A stretch of 64,000 bases of DNA from the NCBI GenBank assembly GCA_011109175.1, contig RDEW01000002.1, forward strand, positions 1,839,826 through 1,903,825. Reading direction: 5' to 3'. The DNA comes from Dicyema japonicum. Its lineage: Eukaryota; Animalia; Dicyemida. The translations under genes and the position numbers were made by a program. Under the pieces are notes generated by a model. It was given only the letters and a program-made list of their open reading frames with translations, did not search any database and was not told the DNA's origin. This document shows positions 23,959 to 37,946 of the stretch, in pieces. Every line of letters starts with the position of its first letter. Within the stretch, counting starts at the first letter, position 1.

Positions 23959-26900
23959 ATGGAAAACACGTCAGAGTTGGAAGCTGTAATGAGTTCTTTG
24001 GGGTACAGACATGATGACATGTACGTCAAAGAACCATATTGCCTCGGTAGTACAACTTACATTCACTCTAAGAGAACCTACGGGAGATAGTTAGATTCCT
24101 ACGCAAAGAAGACAAGTTATGTACAGTAAGACAGGCTCTCGGCAAGGCAAACATAGTAGCCAACGATTTAGTCCCCATTTTCACTACTTATGACGATTCT
24201 ACCCTCACGGAAATCATTCTGCGGTAAAATAAGTTCTATTATTCCCAGTCTGCTCATAAACCTGACCCAACCTGTGCGGGACTGTTTTCAGTCCGACTTC
24301 CTTTTTGAATCTGAGGATAAAAGGCATTATACGGCTGTCTTATGGTACCTCCAACAGTATAAAAGGGTCAATGGTTAATATTATTGTAGGATTTGGCCAA
24401 TATTAAGTTGTGGTGTACTGTGGGGACCTCTTTGGTGCCTTGATGCAGAAAAGCTGGTTTGATCGACCATTGAGGATCGGAGAAACATGGAAAGGTGGAT
24501 ATTCCTCATTAGAAATGCACTTTTGATAGGAAATGATTCCATGGCTGATCACCAGCGGTCAAACTACGGACAAAGCGACCACGGAAAACTTATAATGTAC
24601 CGTTTTGCCGGATTTTTGCAGTTCTATGCACAAGAGTGGACTTTTTGAGCTGATTCTGTGTCTGGGACAGTTTTCCTGGTCAGAAGACAGCAAACTCAAG
24701 TCATTCCCACATTACGTCGTAGAAATTGTTGCTCTGATGCTCAAACAGCAGAACCCACGCGAAATGGGGGAAGTAGGAGAGTCAACGGCAAGAAGTGAAA
24801 TACTGTTGACTTGAATATTCACGGTAGAGCTCAGCTTGTTGAAGAAAAAGAGCGAGAGAAGACCATGAAGGCCCAGAAGTGGAATGGGAGAAGGTTGTAT
24901 GGTTGTTTATTGCAGACATGGGAGTTTTGGGGGAGTTTATGTTGTCCCTACAGGGGACACGAGTGTTATAGCACTTGGGTCTGTCAGATCTGATAATTTG
25001 TCGTTTGACAAGAGCAAACAAACCAGAAGAGTTAAAAGGAAGCCATTGGTGTTCTCTGAGCCCACATGTGAAATACAAAACACTTCCTCAAAACCCCTGA
25101 AGGAGTTCTGTCTTAAATTCCTTACTCACTGCTTTCCCAGCTGGTCTGCCAAATCAAAGTAGTGACGAATTCCAACGTAGAACGAGTGGTCACAAACTGA
25201 CTGACGAAAGGCAGACTTACTGGTGCTGGTTCATCTCCTTCTTCATGTCATTCTCCCGGATTAAGCACGTGGGTGTGGGCTATGTAAGGTTTATCTGGTT
25301 TTTTCCAATAATAGCAAGCTTTTGACTGTAGATAGTCTCAAGAATGTGTGTGGCTCTATCACCAAACATCTGGAATCCGTGAATATGTCAACAAGGTCTA
25401 ACAAACAACAGGTAATACTGGCATCGAGCAGACTTCACCTATCATTGCATGTTTTTAGAGAATTATTCGAGAATATTCTAGAATATTCCAACGATGAACA
25501 GGTTGGGGAGAGCATGTCCCTCATTAAAGGTTTGTTTACTTTGGGAACTTAGAACATTTCTTTTATTCCACAGAGTCTTTCGATGTGCTTGTCTCAATAT
25601 TTAAGAAATATAGTCCTTCTGTTATGTCGAGGTTGTCAGTCGTTTTATTGGAGAAAGCTTCTGAGTGATCTGGTGGAGACTGTGGAGTTGTATGTGAACA
25701 TGTTGGAGGATTATTTAAAGTCGAAAAGTCACCATTTTGTGAAAACAGCTAAGAAACGAAGACGACCAGCCAAAAGGAGAGCTGCAAAAAGCATAATCGA
25801 CTGGGAGTCTGTTCAGAATGCACTAGTGGATGTTACGAAGGTCGAATATGAAGGACCTGCGGTGTTTGATCCTGTGGGGGATATGACAGAGGAGGACCAA
25901 ATGTACGTACGAAGTTTATGGTAGAATGGAAGCTATGGAGTTGATCAGGAATACATTCTTGGCAGAGACTTTCCACAGACTGTAGCACTCCTCCGACACT
26001 GCCAGTATATCTGCCTCTCTATTTTAGGGGGATTTGGCCTGACAAATATTGTTTTGGCTCAACGGGGGAGGGAGTAAATGATATTGTGAGTTCTCTCCGA
26101 GGCATTGTCGAGAACTGTATTACTGTGGATGAAGAAGACGAGGAATTTGAGGATAGTGACTCCTCTGAGGAAGAGTACGTCCACAAGGAGATGAGTTCGA
26201 ACGACTATTTACTAAAGTATACTGACTTTGTTACCAGACTTTCCTGTCCTGTCGTCATCTCAGCCTACATGAGTCTGCTGGAGTCCTATAAGGCCAACTC
26301 TGACTCTGCCAATGCTGCTGTTATTGCCATGTTTAAGAGAATCGTGGACAAATTGGACCTCCCGGGATATTTGCTGCAGCTCAGACTGTTTAGAATATAT
26401 CAGAACATAACTAAAGAGACCTTGGTGACCAAAACTAAGAGATTTACCGTACAAATGTGCTTATTGTAGAACATTATGGACTTTTGTGGACTAATCTTTA
26501 AGTTATTTGCCGATAAGTTCGCAGAAATTGGCCCTGTTTTGGGCGTGGAACTGCTATTTTGGAAAACCAGGGGAATTGCTCACAATGTCACCCACGGACT
26601 CTTCTCCTATGAGTCGTATCTCCCTGTTTGTCATCCTAGTGCCGGGAATGAAGCAAAGTCCAAGCGTAGTGCATGGACTGAGGAGGAGGATTACGAGCTC
26701 AAACAGTTGTTTTTGGAATTAAGGGGAAATTCTGGTAGTTTTTGGTACCATTTCAGACCACGTGGTCGAAGATATTATGACTAAGCTTATTAGGAATGAC
26801 AGGACTAAGAGGAAGGTTGTCAGGAGACTCATACATTTGGATTTAATTCAGTCCTCTGACGAGTTAAAGTCCTCAGAGGGAAAGAAGTCTAAGGACTCAG

Positions 26901-27404
26901 ACCTGATGGACTGGCTTCTCCACATTTACTGTGATGGTAGCTGATTGGTGGATGTATAGGCCGGAAGTGTGTGGTTGATGAGGTCCTCGAGGTTATTGGG
27001 AACGAGATCATTCAACCTGGTTGGTAGTCTTGGCTAACGTTTAGAGGAGACCACGGGAATTGTTAGGTTGGACGGGACTGTGGATGAGATAACTAATAAA
27101 TTTATGAGATTTTGCGGATTCAACGGAGTCTGTTAGTGGGGGGAAACTACTTTGCGCTTGAGAATGTGGATGTGCTGGACTTGACTAATGCTGTTGAAGC
27201 CATTACGGACTGTCAAAGTCAGATTATTGGGTGGAGGACTGATGAGGACAGGGTGGATGATCAGATTTCTGTTGTGGCTGCCACAGAGGCTGATTGAGTG
27301 AGGAGGATAGGTTTCTCGGAGAACTGGATGATGTGTTCATTCAGTCTTCCACGAGGGTTGGGGGAGATCAGGAATTTGGGGATGATGGGTTTTATGTGTC
27401 TTGA
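23959..27404 (+). CDS. TIMELESS: Protein timeless homolog (Tim2/Timeout type); multi-exon
   Basis: LGYRHDDMYVKEPYCL/ENLREIVRFLRKED..VRQALGKANIVANDLVPI, LLINLTQP, ERWIFLIRNALLI, AWTEEEDYELKQLF and RTKRKVVRRLIHLDLI. Many 22-26-nt introns; several homopolymer frameshifts. Confidence 0.92.
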
Positions 27405-27959
27405 GTGTTTAGAAACTTCGGATTGGCCAATGATTTGTATTTTTGATAGTAAATTTTGTACTTTTGTTTTTTGAGATTTTTTGTGCAGTAAGTCAAATAG
27501 ACACGTGTGTTGAGTAAAGCCGATATTACAGGGATTGTTTTTATTTCAAAAAAATTAAAGCAGCCAAAGTTTCCTGATTGTGACTTTTATTTTGTAAAGC
27601 AAGGATCACTTTATTTTAATGTCTCGGGGTCACTGGATTAAGGAGAAAAGATTGTAGGGAGTTAGAGATCTTGGGCCGACAAGGGGAGGCCGAATCTATG
27701 GGGTCAGAATTTTTTGCATATTTGAAGAGAATTTTGTAAGGTCTGAGGAGTTGTCATTCGAGCAGAATTCTTTCAAGAGATGCTGTCGACATAATGAATT
27801 TGAAATGTTCAAAGACTCGTAATTAAGTTTTTTTGGTTTATGGATGGGGGTAACTTGAAAGAGTTTCATTGACTGGTGGATAAACTGTTTCTGATAATTT
27901 TTGTGATCTTTGAAATTGTCATTCTCTTAGTTCATTGTCATGCTCGGTCAGACGTGACT

Positions 27960-28560
27960 TTGAGAATGTGTTGACGGTATTTTCACGTTGTTGAGGGCTA
28001 AGCTTGATGCTGAAGTTTTTTTTGCGACACTCGGACGAGGAACTGCCTATTGCAGATGGCACTGTCTGCGTCTTGAAAGTGATAACGGCTATCAGGGAAT
28101 GCAAAGTCAGTGCTCCAGGATATGACCACATATCAATGAAGCTTATCAAGGAGGGTCTGGGCATTTTATTTGACTACCTGCAATGTCTTTATGATGGGTG
28201 TTTACGACTTGGCCATCTCCCTTTAATATGGAAGAAAGCTGTTGTGAGGATCCGGCAAGCTACAGGCCAACAGGCTTATAATTTCTTTCGCAAAAGTGGG
28301 ATACACAGTTTTGTATTTGTAGAGGGAGAAGATCTTATTCCTCTTAGAGAAGACAAGGAAAGCTGCAATTAAGCTCTCTTTAAACAAGAAACTGAAAGAC
28401 TGTCTAAGCGAGGACGAAGACAAGCTGTTAGAACCGATTAGCAGGATTGTGGAGGATCGGATCAATGGTTTCAGGAGTCCAGGACACAAATATAAAACTA
28501 GGAGAAACGTCCTGAAAATATTTTTAAAAGGAGGAAGGGAGTCCAAGCCTTATGGTAGGA
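27960..28560 (+). mobile_element. LINE RT fragment (Jockey/I-like), internally deleted
   Basis: SAPGYDHISMKLIK....LQCLYDGCLRLGHLPLIWKKAVV. Confidence 0.65.
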
Positions 28561-28644
28561 CTCAGATGTAATACCCTCCAGAAAACTCCTTAACTCTTTT
28601 GTTACTAAATTTATTTTTAATTTAAATACTTTTTCAAATCGGTT

Positions 28645-28900
28645 CAGACACCTGGAGCAGCTTCTTCGACTGCGGAGAACCTAAAAATTAAGAAATATTC
28701 TTGCCTCGGGGATCGCTACCGATTTACTCCTGTTGCGACCGAATCATCGGGAGCCGTTGGTCCAATGACGGCTGAGTTCTTGCGAGAACTTGGAGGATTG
28801 CTTGCCATAAAAAAGGAATCAACGAGAAGGGTTATGGCTAAGACAAAAGATTGGAATAGCCATACTCCGAGGGAACTCGTTCGCAATCCACGCAGCAGGC
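28645..28900 (+). mobile_element. CRE-like RLE non-LTR retrotransposon 3' fragment
   Basis: PGAASSTAENLKIKKYSCLGDRYRFTPVATESSGAVGP.TAEFLRELG...WLRQKIGIAILRGNS. Confidence 0.75.
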
Positions 28901-29627
28901 TCCCTTTTAAAATAATCACTTTTTTGAGTTTTTTGAAAAAAATAAAATTGAAGAATGGGTACAGTATCAAAATACTTAGTTTTTAATATATATATAAATT
29001 GTTAAAAAAAATTTAAATACTTTTATTAAGGAAAGACAAGAGAGTAAACGGTTATATAGCAGCTGCCCTTAATAAATTTTTGCGATAGTAAGTTGCGTAA
29101 GATTTTGCTAGAAAGACGTCGAGAAGTATTTAGCAAATCATGGGGTCAGATTTTTGGAAGAGCCATCGTCGATTGAACTTCTTTTACAGAGAAGGACCAT
29201 GTGGACTAATTACGTGTTTTCATCTCCCATTCGTCCCTGACCACGTGTTTTTCCTATTAAAATATAACGAGGCCGCTAACTGAAGCGAATTTTTTGCATC
29301 TTTCTCGTAGTAAGTAGCTTTTCTTGCTTCGCCAACATATACATATTGTGAACACATGATTGACAGATTCACTCTACACAACGGGCATGGTCGGATAACC
29401 CACTGTTAAGTAATCCTGGAGATGATTTCCACTGTATCCAGCCGACTGAAAGATAAGCCTAATTTATTTTAAATTGCAACAAAAAAGCGTCCAACCAACT
29501 AAACCCTATGACTCTCTCAGAGTGGTCCACCAGCAACCCATACTTTCCTTAAGTGTCCCATTAAGCAAACTACACATAATTGTGTACCCCCTGTTTAATA
29601 ATCACAACATTGATGTAAAAAATATAA

Positions 29628-31333
29628 TTAATAATCTACAAAATCCCTCCACGAATCATCATTTCGCTGAAGGGGCTGTCTATACGAATCAAACGATACT
29701 CCCCTCGGTTCAAACCCACCTAAAATACCCCCAAATCACCAACGGAACATTGGGTCTCCCCTAAACTCCCCACGAAAACACGGATCTACAATAACCAAAC
29801 CACAAACAAGGCATTTCAAATCGAGAGATCCTAGGCATATTGGGCTTCGTAAAAATAGGGACTGGTCTTCGAGGGAGATCCTTATCCAAATCCCCAAAAC
29901 CAGGGATATTATCTGCCTCTAAACACACACAAACCCTCATATTTGTGCCTCATAGTTTGAGCCTCACTCAACAAAGTCAGTACATCCGGTTCCCCGTCCT
30001 CCTCACGCGCCTGACCATTTGGCAGAAAATCAAGTTGAGACTGATCCCCCGGTTGATATCTCGTCCAGAACTTGATGGAATGGTCATTCGATCCGGAGAC
30101 AAGCAGATGACCCAAAGGATGCCAAGAAAGTGACCACACAGTGCTGTCATGGGCCTCCTGAACTGACCCAATCTCCCGCTCAGTCCCAACCGACCAGTAA
30201 AATAGCGAGCCGTCGTATCCCCCACTCCCAAAAAAATCCTTATAAACTGGATGCCATGCCAATACTCCCATATTAACCAAAATTACCGCTCACTTCCTTT
30301 TTGTGCCCAGTGAACGTTTGCACTGGTCTTGGAAGATGTCGAATGTCAAATAATTTGATACTCCTGTCCTCAGAAGACGAGAGGAGTCTGTTTCCATCCA
30401 TATTCCAGGTCACGTGGGTTACTGCTGATCTGTGCACGTGACTGTGGGTTAAGATCCGAGTTTACAGAGTTTTAAGGCTAGCGTCGGTTCTTGGGTCCCA
30501 AAGTTTGATAGGTCTCTGACTGTCTCGACTCCCAGAGGCTATGAGTCCCATGGTTGGGTGCCAATCCGCGGTGATGACGTCAGATCCATGTTCTAAGTAA
30601 GGAGGACACGAAACCTCTATAAACCCGCTCTTCTGAGGCGGCAAAAAAATCCCAAATCCTCAGAGATCCGTCATTTGAGCAGGAGGCGAACTTCAAGTCT
30701 GTGGGAGCGAAACTGAGGGCTCTCACTGGTTCCTTGTGAGCCTGGAACATCTTGACATTGTTCATGTTGGGTTGCCAGTACTTGAGGTACCCCAGACTGT
30801 CACCAGAAACTAGCCAATTGTCATTATGACTCCAAGTCATCGCCAGGATCGCGTCATCGTGGGCCTATTGGTTAGGTAGAGGGATCGTGCCTGCAGAATG
30901 GTCTCAAAGTTGAAGACCAGTCCATTCCACAGAGTAAACTCTCCACTGGCCGATCCTGTAGTCAGTCTCCGTCCGTCAGGTGTCCACTATAATGAGAACA
31001 CGTGTTTCTACCATGACTGTGAATATTGGGCATCTCTTTTTATTTGTGGCCTGTTTGACGAACCTAGTGCAAAGTACTGTGACGGGGGGAAGCAAGATTC
31101 TCTGTGGGTTTTACAGTTTTAAAAGAGTAGAGTTCACTAGGCTGGATAAACTGCTTCCTCCTCCCAGGATATTTGTTGATTAACCTATTCTGAAATAAGA
31201 GGGAGGGTACTTGAATGTAAATTAGAGTGGATGAGTTGTAGTCTATTGTTTTACGGTAAAGAGACTTTCTGAGGCGCTTTCCGTCAAAGGTTAGGCGATT
31301 TATCGTGTTTTTTGAGTTATCTTCACTTTGCAT
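29628..31333 (-). CDS. WDR33: Pre-mRNA 3' end processing protein WDR33/Pfs2; multi-exon
   Basis: [71 protein letters not shown] and [32 protein letters not shown]. Confidence 0.95.
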
Positions 31334-31576
31334 CACACAACGGAACGTAAATTTAAAAATTTATATTTAAAATTTTTTATTTTCAAATTCTTAAAAAAGA
31401 ATTAAACATAAAGCGTATTTATTTACATATACAAATGTCTCCTCCCATTATCACCTATCCTTTTTATCATATACCTTGAAGCTGCTCTACGGGAATCGAA
31501 ACCGATACTGGGTGAAAAGACAAACATTATTGCGTATGCTGAAGGTGTGACTTTATTTCAAACGACAAAATACCGC

Positions 31577-32320
31577 TCACCCGCTTGTTGGAAGAAGTGC
31601 CTGGAAGTTAGCCGAATGGTTCCTAACAGTAAATCCGGACAAGACTGAGGTAGCTGAACTCAAGAGGGAAGAAACAAGGACGGAGGAGCACTGGAGCAAG
31701 TGTAAAAAGCTTGACTCCCTCCTAGGAGACCATGAAGACATTACAAGAAGGAAAACCTTAGCACAAACTGCCCTCTCCAGACTGATGAACACCTGGCTCC
31801 ACAAAAAGGGCATTGACATTATAACAAAAACTCGATTATACAACTCGCTAGTGAAACCTATATACTGTATAACGCTGTTACCTGGGCCTGCTCAAGAAAT
31901 GAACTGAAGAGGCTTAATGCGTTTCATAGAGACCAACTACGGCATATGATGTTCGAAAGAAGTGATACGAGGATATCATCTAATCTTTCTATAAGAACGA
32001 GACCTCGAAATTTCAAATGAAATTCTGGATACACGATGGAGGCTTTTCGGCCATATTCTGCGACTGGACCTAGATGCCCCCGCGAACGTAGCCATGGAGG
32101 ATTATTTCATGTTGGAAGCCCCCCGTTTCCGTAGTCGCCCAAGGACGACACTGCCGTCATTCTCGACGAGGACCTCAAAAAAATGGGACGACATCTTGGT
32201 AGTGGAGAGGTTCCTGACGGTTACGCACTGCTGTGTTGAATAAGAGGAAGTGGATGAAATTAACTAGTGACTTGCCAACTCCTTTGTCAAGTCCTATGAC
32301 ATAGCGACAAGTGCTAATAA
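31577..32320 (+). mobile_element. RTE-like LINE 3' fragment
   Basis: VNPDKTE..WSKCKKLDSLLGDHEDITRRKTLA..RWRLFGHILRL. The 3' end AAGTGCTAATAATAAA resembles the tail of the full element. Confidence 0.85.
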
Positions 32321-32392
32321 TAAATGTCTCTTTTTGCATTCATATAGGAAATTTTTTGGTTCAATAAAATAAAAATAAATCGATTGAAGACG

Positions 32393-33480
32393 ATGTCAAG
32401 TGGACTTTTTTTTGTTAGTAATAAAATTTCGTTCGCTCGGATATTTAAGAAAGGACCATTTTCAGATCACAGATGAACATAATGGATTCCTTAGCTCTTG
32501 ACTTAACTAGAGGAATTCCTTCTTGCCTACGATTTCGACAGAGGAGTGTCGAGGGTAGGCTCTGCATCATTCCATAAAACGCATAGATTCTTATCGTGAA
32601 AGGAGCTGACGACACAGAGAGTGCAACCTCCCCCAGTGCCATGACAGTATCAAAAAGGGTCATTTGCTCTCCCTTATTTACGAGGATCATTTCCTGGAGG
32701 ACACCAATAACTGACTGGATGGGCTTGGCAGGCTCAAGGTGAAGGGGTCCGACCCGTTTAATTAAAAATAGCTACCGTCCCCGGTCACATTCTGTTAATA
32801 ATCACTACCACGCCACCGAATGTCGCTTTGGGGGATCACTTTAAAAAAGATTTTTTTCAAATTCTAATCAATTCCCATTAGCTATGGAAATCCTCGATAG
32901 AGGCCTATGATGAGCTGGCAGAGACCTTGGAGATAGAGAGCCTCACCAGTAACAGAGGAGGGTAGAGATAAAAATATAATTTACCAGCGGGGAGCCATAG
33001 TTAGTAGCCAATAATATTTATAAAAACGAGAGGGTGTGCATCTCAGTATGCTAAAGTTATGGGTCCTTGTGTGATATGAACAATCGGTGGACCATTTTCA
33101 CGATGAGGTTAGTGAGCAGCTAAAAGGAGGCATTTCGATTCAAAGAAGTCTTACAATGGCTTAATGCTCATTCGAGTCACGTGCTTTTATAAGTTTATAG
33201 TTATTGTGGAGCATCTAAATTCGGCAGAATGTCAGGACTATGTCAGAATACTAAAGTTACTCCAATCAAGCGGTTTTTGAGTTGTGCAGAATTTTAGGTC
33301 AGTCCATGATCTCTTCGTTTGTCATTTTTGTGTAAAAAAGGTCGTAGAAATTTTCTCCCCTATAGAAACCTTTAAAATAGTGTCCCCAACTTGGAAACGT
33401 GACAATGATAGAACAACCAAATTACGCTAAATTTGACCAACTCCAAGACATTGGAGATGTACTCAGATTCTGATCAGTTC
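32393..33480 (+). CDS. Possible uncharacterised multi-exon gene
   Basis: Follows an AT island. Protein-like stretches (WKSSIEAYDELAETLEIE, KEAFRFKEVLQWLNAH, IVEHLNSAECQDYVRILKLLQ) are separated by plausible 22-30-nt GT-AG introns. No family recognised. Confidence 0.25.
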
Positions 33481-33599
33481 GAAGACCAAAAAAGACTGCT
33501 GTTCAAAAAAGTTAATTTAAAGTCACAAACAAGTCGCCTCTTTTTGAGTAAATTCAATGTTTCCTCAGATTTCTTGGCACCTCTGTAGACTGTAGACAC

Positions 33600-34200
33600 T
33601 GCTTTTCCTACCAAATTATATTTTGAAGGATCTCCGTTATCCCCTCTCTTGTTCACTCTTTACACAGGGAGATAAAAAAGCTATCTTCATTACATACCCC
33701 GATGACATCATCCTGGCTTTATCCAATTGGACATCCGGGACAACCGGCTATCGATCAACTTTACGCTTAGTTAAAGGACAACTATCGAATCGCCATGAAA
33801 ATTCCATCACCCCTTTTTTCACTTCTGAAAAACCTAACGATTCCAAGGTCCTCTTCAAAAGGTCCAAAAATCCTGGGGTAACATTTGTTGTATACATGAG
33901 CTTCTCCCGGCACGTCGAAAATGTGCTGACAAAGACTAAAAGATCAACCAATCGATATGCTTCTCAGGGCTATGGAAGATGGGCAAACACCCTGTCCTTG
34001 GAGCATTATACAACCATCAAGCGATCCACTTTTATAGATGCTCATGGGGCCATCCATTTCCTGGACAGAAGATCACAATTATCCAGAAAAGGACGTAAAT
34101 CCTGACGGAATATTAATCCCTAGAAGAAACGACTGTCACCAAAAACTCGGGAAACCCTATTTCGTCTAAACCGAGTAACTGAATTACAGTCGCGAGTGTC
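33600..34200 (+). mobile_element. Jockey/I-like LINE RT fragment
   Basis: TYPDDII (YADD equivalent) and KNPGVTF..MSFSRHVENV. Confidence 0.65.
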
Positions 34201-35229
34201 CATTGCGTAATCCATCACGGGTTTGTGTGGGCTCAAGGGAGAAATACGGAACTAATTTGATGGTTCAGCTATGACGTAACGGGATTGCATGGTCAACTAG
34301 TTCCTGTCTTTACCTCCTATCACTAAGTCATCTGGAGAATTGATATGTAACTGCTGATCGTTAATGAAGATACTTGTGCCCAAATGGATTCCTGAGGTCC
34401 TTGTTCGTCACAGGATGACATCATAAATTAATACAAAAAATATCACTTGGTTGGGGATTAATTCATTGATGTTACATTTACTTTAACTCCGATTGAAGGA
34501 TTTATTTACCTTTGATCCCTAATGAGATATCTCTAAAATACCTAATGTCTTTCTTCCCCATTCTTAAAGGACCCAGGAGACACTAGAAATTATGTTTTTG
34601 ACCTAAAATAGTAATGATGCACCAAAGTTATGACTAAAATCTCATCTAAATAAATTGGAGGTGTTTGGATGGTTTGCCTGAATGGGTTTCTGATAATTCT
34701 TTCCGGTGACGTTGAACTTAATCCAGGCCCCCCACTCTCTTTCTGCAGATAATCATCAACGGAATCAGATAATCATCAAACATCTACGTCCCCCTTCCAT
34801 CTTGCCCAGAAGGATTCTCATTAAACCTAACCAAGCTAAACAAGCTCGGAAACCTGATATTATGTGGAGACTATTTATTCGATTAATTATTTTCTTGAGA
34901 TACCTATCAATTTGTGCTAATGCTTATGTAGGCACGTGGGAGTGATACCGGGTTGGCATCTTTTAAGTGAGCCACATGAAAGTAAATTTGACTTTGTAGG
35001 TCTAAATTAATGAGAAACTCTGATAATTGGGTCTCCAAATGGGATTTTCTCCATGTAATGGATTAATAGTTGATTTTATAGAAAATCAGTGAGTGTTCAC
35101 TAAACAACATGGAATGTAGGATCACAGTGATCTCTGCGGTCGTCCTCGTTCGGCAGTTAAGTTTTTTAATGTCTGGTGCTCATCATTTAGAGGGATCCTG
35201 TGTAAGCTTCATTCACTAAGAGTTTTACA

Positions 35230-35800
35230 AAATATCGATGTGGGATGAAGCGGAACACTCAATATTGGATTGTGGGGACAATGCCTCACGAATTGCTGAC
35301 CACTTCAGAAACAATTTCAAACAGATACCTATGCACCCACCAAATTCCTACTAAGATGCGATTACGCTTATATAATGGATTTGTCCCACTCATGCAACGC
35401 AGGTACTTGGGGAACATCAAAGAAAGACATGGAACAACTCGACTCGTTTCAGAGGTCAGCTAAGAAAACTCCTTGGATACTCTTGGCCGAAGAAAATCTC
35501 AAACAATCCCACTGGCGCCTTTTTTGGACATATTCTACGGATGGGTGAACAGACACCATGCAATGCCGCCATGGAAGAATTTTTCTGTATCTCCTGCGTT
35601 CAGAGGACGTCCAAAAAGTTGTCTTCCAAGGACACTCGAGGAGGATTATGCAGTGATCGGGGCCAACTGATGGATGCAGACGATCTGAAGTACTCAGGAA
35701 ACGAGCACGACAGCGAAAAGGGTGGAGAAGACTAACGGAAAGGATAATCGAAAACGTGGCGCAAGCGAAACCACAAACAGTGTTTACTGGTAACGCGGAT
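35230..35800 (+). mobile_element. RTE-like LINE 3' fragment
   Basis: IPTKMRLRLYNGFV..NAGTWG..LDSFQR..LR..LG..W.RKISN; RGRPKSCLP. Confidence 0.7.
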
Positions 35801-36009
35801 GTGCTTTAACTAACAAATGCCCTCTTGCCATACAGTCAACTATACATCAGCCAGCCGACGTCCAACGCCCTTACTTGATCCCCAATATGCTGTTTATGCA
35901 TTTTTATGTGTGAATTCTAAGTCGGGGACCAGTCCCAAATTCTGAGTAGATCCCATTCGACCTCTGTATTATATTAGAGAACAACAAAGCTACCAAAAAA
36001 GTGATAAAA

Positions 36010-36480
36010 CAACTTATTAAGTGATCTCAGCTTCCAGTAATCCCCAATTTCTTTTTGCGTCATCTTCAAGTGTTCGAAATGCTGAACTGTAAACTTCTGT
36101 GAATACCTACAAAGGAACTCAATCAGGGTGATTTTCTTTAGGACTGATTGGCGTTCCTCTACACGAGTAATCTCATCTCCCAGTAAATTTTTGGTTCTTA
36201 CAGAAACGCAGAAACCGTCGCCATGGTTCCTCGTCAATTTTTCAAGAAGAGTGGAGGGATGTAACAGTATGGGGAGAAGACGCAAGCCGGGGATCACATC
36301 GAAGATACCATTTACACTTCAATTTAAACTATTCAACCTACTATGACTTTAAACCGATCCCTCATGGTCCCTAACAGTGCTGTGAAACATAAGACTTCCA
36401 ATATATAGTTTCCAAACAGCGGAAATGACTGCCACACTAATCGAGATACTTGCCATCAGTTGCATCTCCCTGGAGTCGAG
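36010..36480 (-). mobile_element. Jockey/I-like LINE 3' fragment
   Basis: Ends in WKLRSLN (GGAAGCTGAGATCACTTAAT), the family 3' motif. Confidence 0.55.
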
Positions 36481-36700
36481 CATAGAGATCAAAAGAAAAT
36501 CACTAATGTATCCCATCTAACATATTCCTGATTTTTAATAAAATTAAAGTTTCTATTTAAAAACCCGAGTCATAACAATTCTTTACAAATTAATTTCTTA
36601 AAAAATAAATCAACTATTTCAATAAAATATTACAGTTCCTACTTTTGAATGAAAATCACTTTAAATTATTCATTTTTCCGGACAATCATTGTTTGGTTTA

Positions 36701-37259
36701 ATGTTCTCTCGGGTTAATCTGCTCACGTTGAAAGTGATCTCTCAAAATTGAAGGAAAAGATTATTTCTTCCAACAAGTATGACTACAAGTGGCCTAACAA
36801 CCCCATTGATGACTCTGATGAGATCTTCGAAAGTAGAAATAATTAATTCCCAGACTTGGGTGCCAACAGATCAAACTATGACGTCATGACTGACACCAAG
36901 AAAATTACAGATTTCGGAAAAAAGACAAATTTTGTTGAAAGTATCTTTGTCTTCTCATTTCCTTTAGCCCATAAAGAAATTCCCGGAAGAACCCGGGAAC
37001 CAACGTTGACAGAAAAGGCGATGAGAACAAGAAATGTTCAAAAAAGGCTCAAAACTTGAAGGAGAAGAGAAGACGGGACGATATGAAACTTTTACTGCAG
37101 GAACTATGCAACATTTTAAATGTAACAAACACTAGAATGACGATGAAAGATATATTGGGGAGTACAGTAGAGTTTATTAGGAACAAACGTCGGTTTATTT
37201 ACCAGAGAATTGAGATAAAGAGCAGAATATCAAAGAAATTGGGAGAAAAGGCAGTTTGA
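36701..37259 (+). CDS. Small bHLH transcription factor, Myc/Max/MGA-like (group B)
   Basis: Across one A-run shift the frame reads KKAQNLKEKRRRDDMKLLLQELCNILNVTNTRMTMKDILGSTVEFIR (basic region, helix 1, loop, helix 2). A 21-nt intron (gtagaaataattaattcccag) restores the upstream frame. An AT island lies upstream. Confidence 0.65.
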
Positions 37260-37904
37260 TTGAAAAAAATAATACGACATATTAATTAGCTTACAGTTTT
37301 TTGAGTTTTTATTATTTTTGTTTTATTTTGGATTTGAGATTAAGTTTCATCAATTTGGGGGATTGCGGTTGTTAACCGGCCAGAGGGATTTTATAAGTAG
37401 GCCCTTGTGAATGAGATATCATCTAAATTTCGCTACGAGGAGGTAGCCCCATCGAAAGTTAAAATAAAAGCTATCAATCAAATCTTTTACTGACTAGACC
37501 GCCAATAACGAACTTAAGTCAACAGGACTCTTGATACAGACGACTTCCTACATGTTAGTGAGTTTATTAGATGATTCACTGCTGCAGAGTTTCACGAAGA
37601 TGATGGGCATTTCATGTAACTGAAAAAATTAGTGAGTAAAATGGGGTAGTGTGGAGATGATCTATGACCCCTTAATTATCATGGTTTGAGTTAGATCCCA
37701 GAAGGCGCTAAAGACACTGCACAGAGTATTTCAAAAAATTCAAACAAAAACATTTTTAGCGGAACGTTGAATTGAGGAGAAAAAAGAAGACTTCATCACG
37801 CGAAAATAGGGTCTGTCATCACCATCACGTCAGACTCTACGTCAGAGGGGGGAACTAGTGTTACTCATAAGGCACTCTCTTCTTCAAAAAGACCATTATA
37901 AATG

Positions 37905-37946
37905 CGACCCTTGAAGCGAAATGAGTTTGACACCCCTGGTCTAGAG
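37905..37946. mobile_element. hAT (Charlie-type) terminal inverted repeat remnant, right end only
   Basis: GAGTTTGACACCCCTG (reverse complement CAGGGGTGTCAAACTC) is immediately followed by GTCTAGAG, matching the NTCTAGAN target preference of Charlie elements. No partner end found. Confidence 0.5.
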
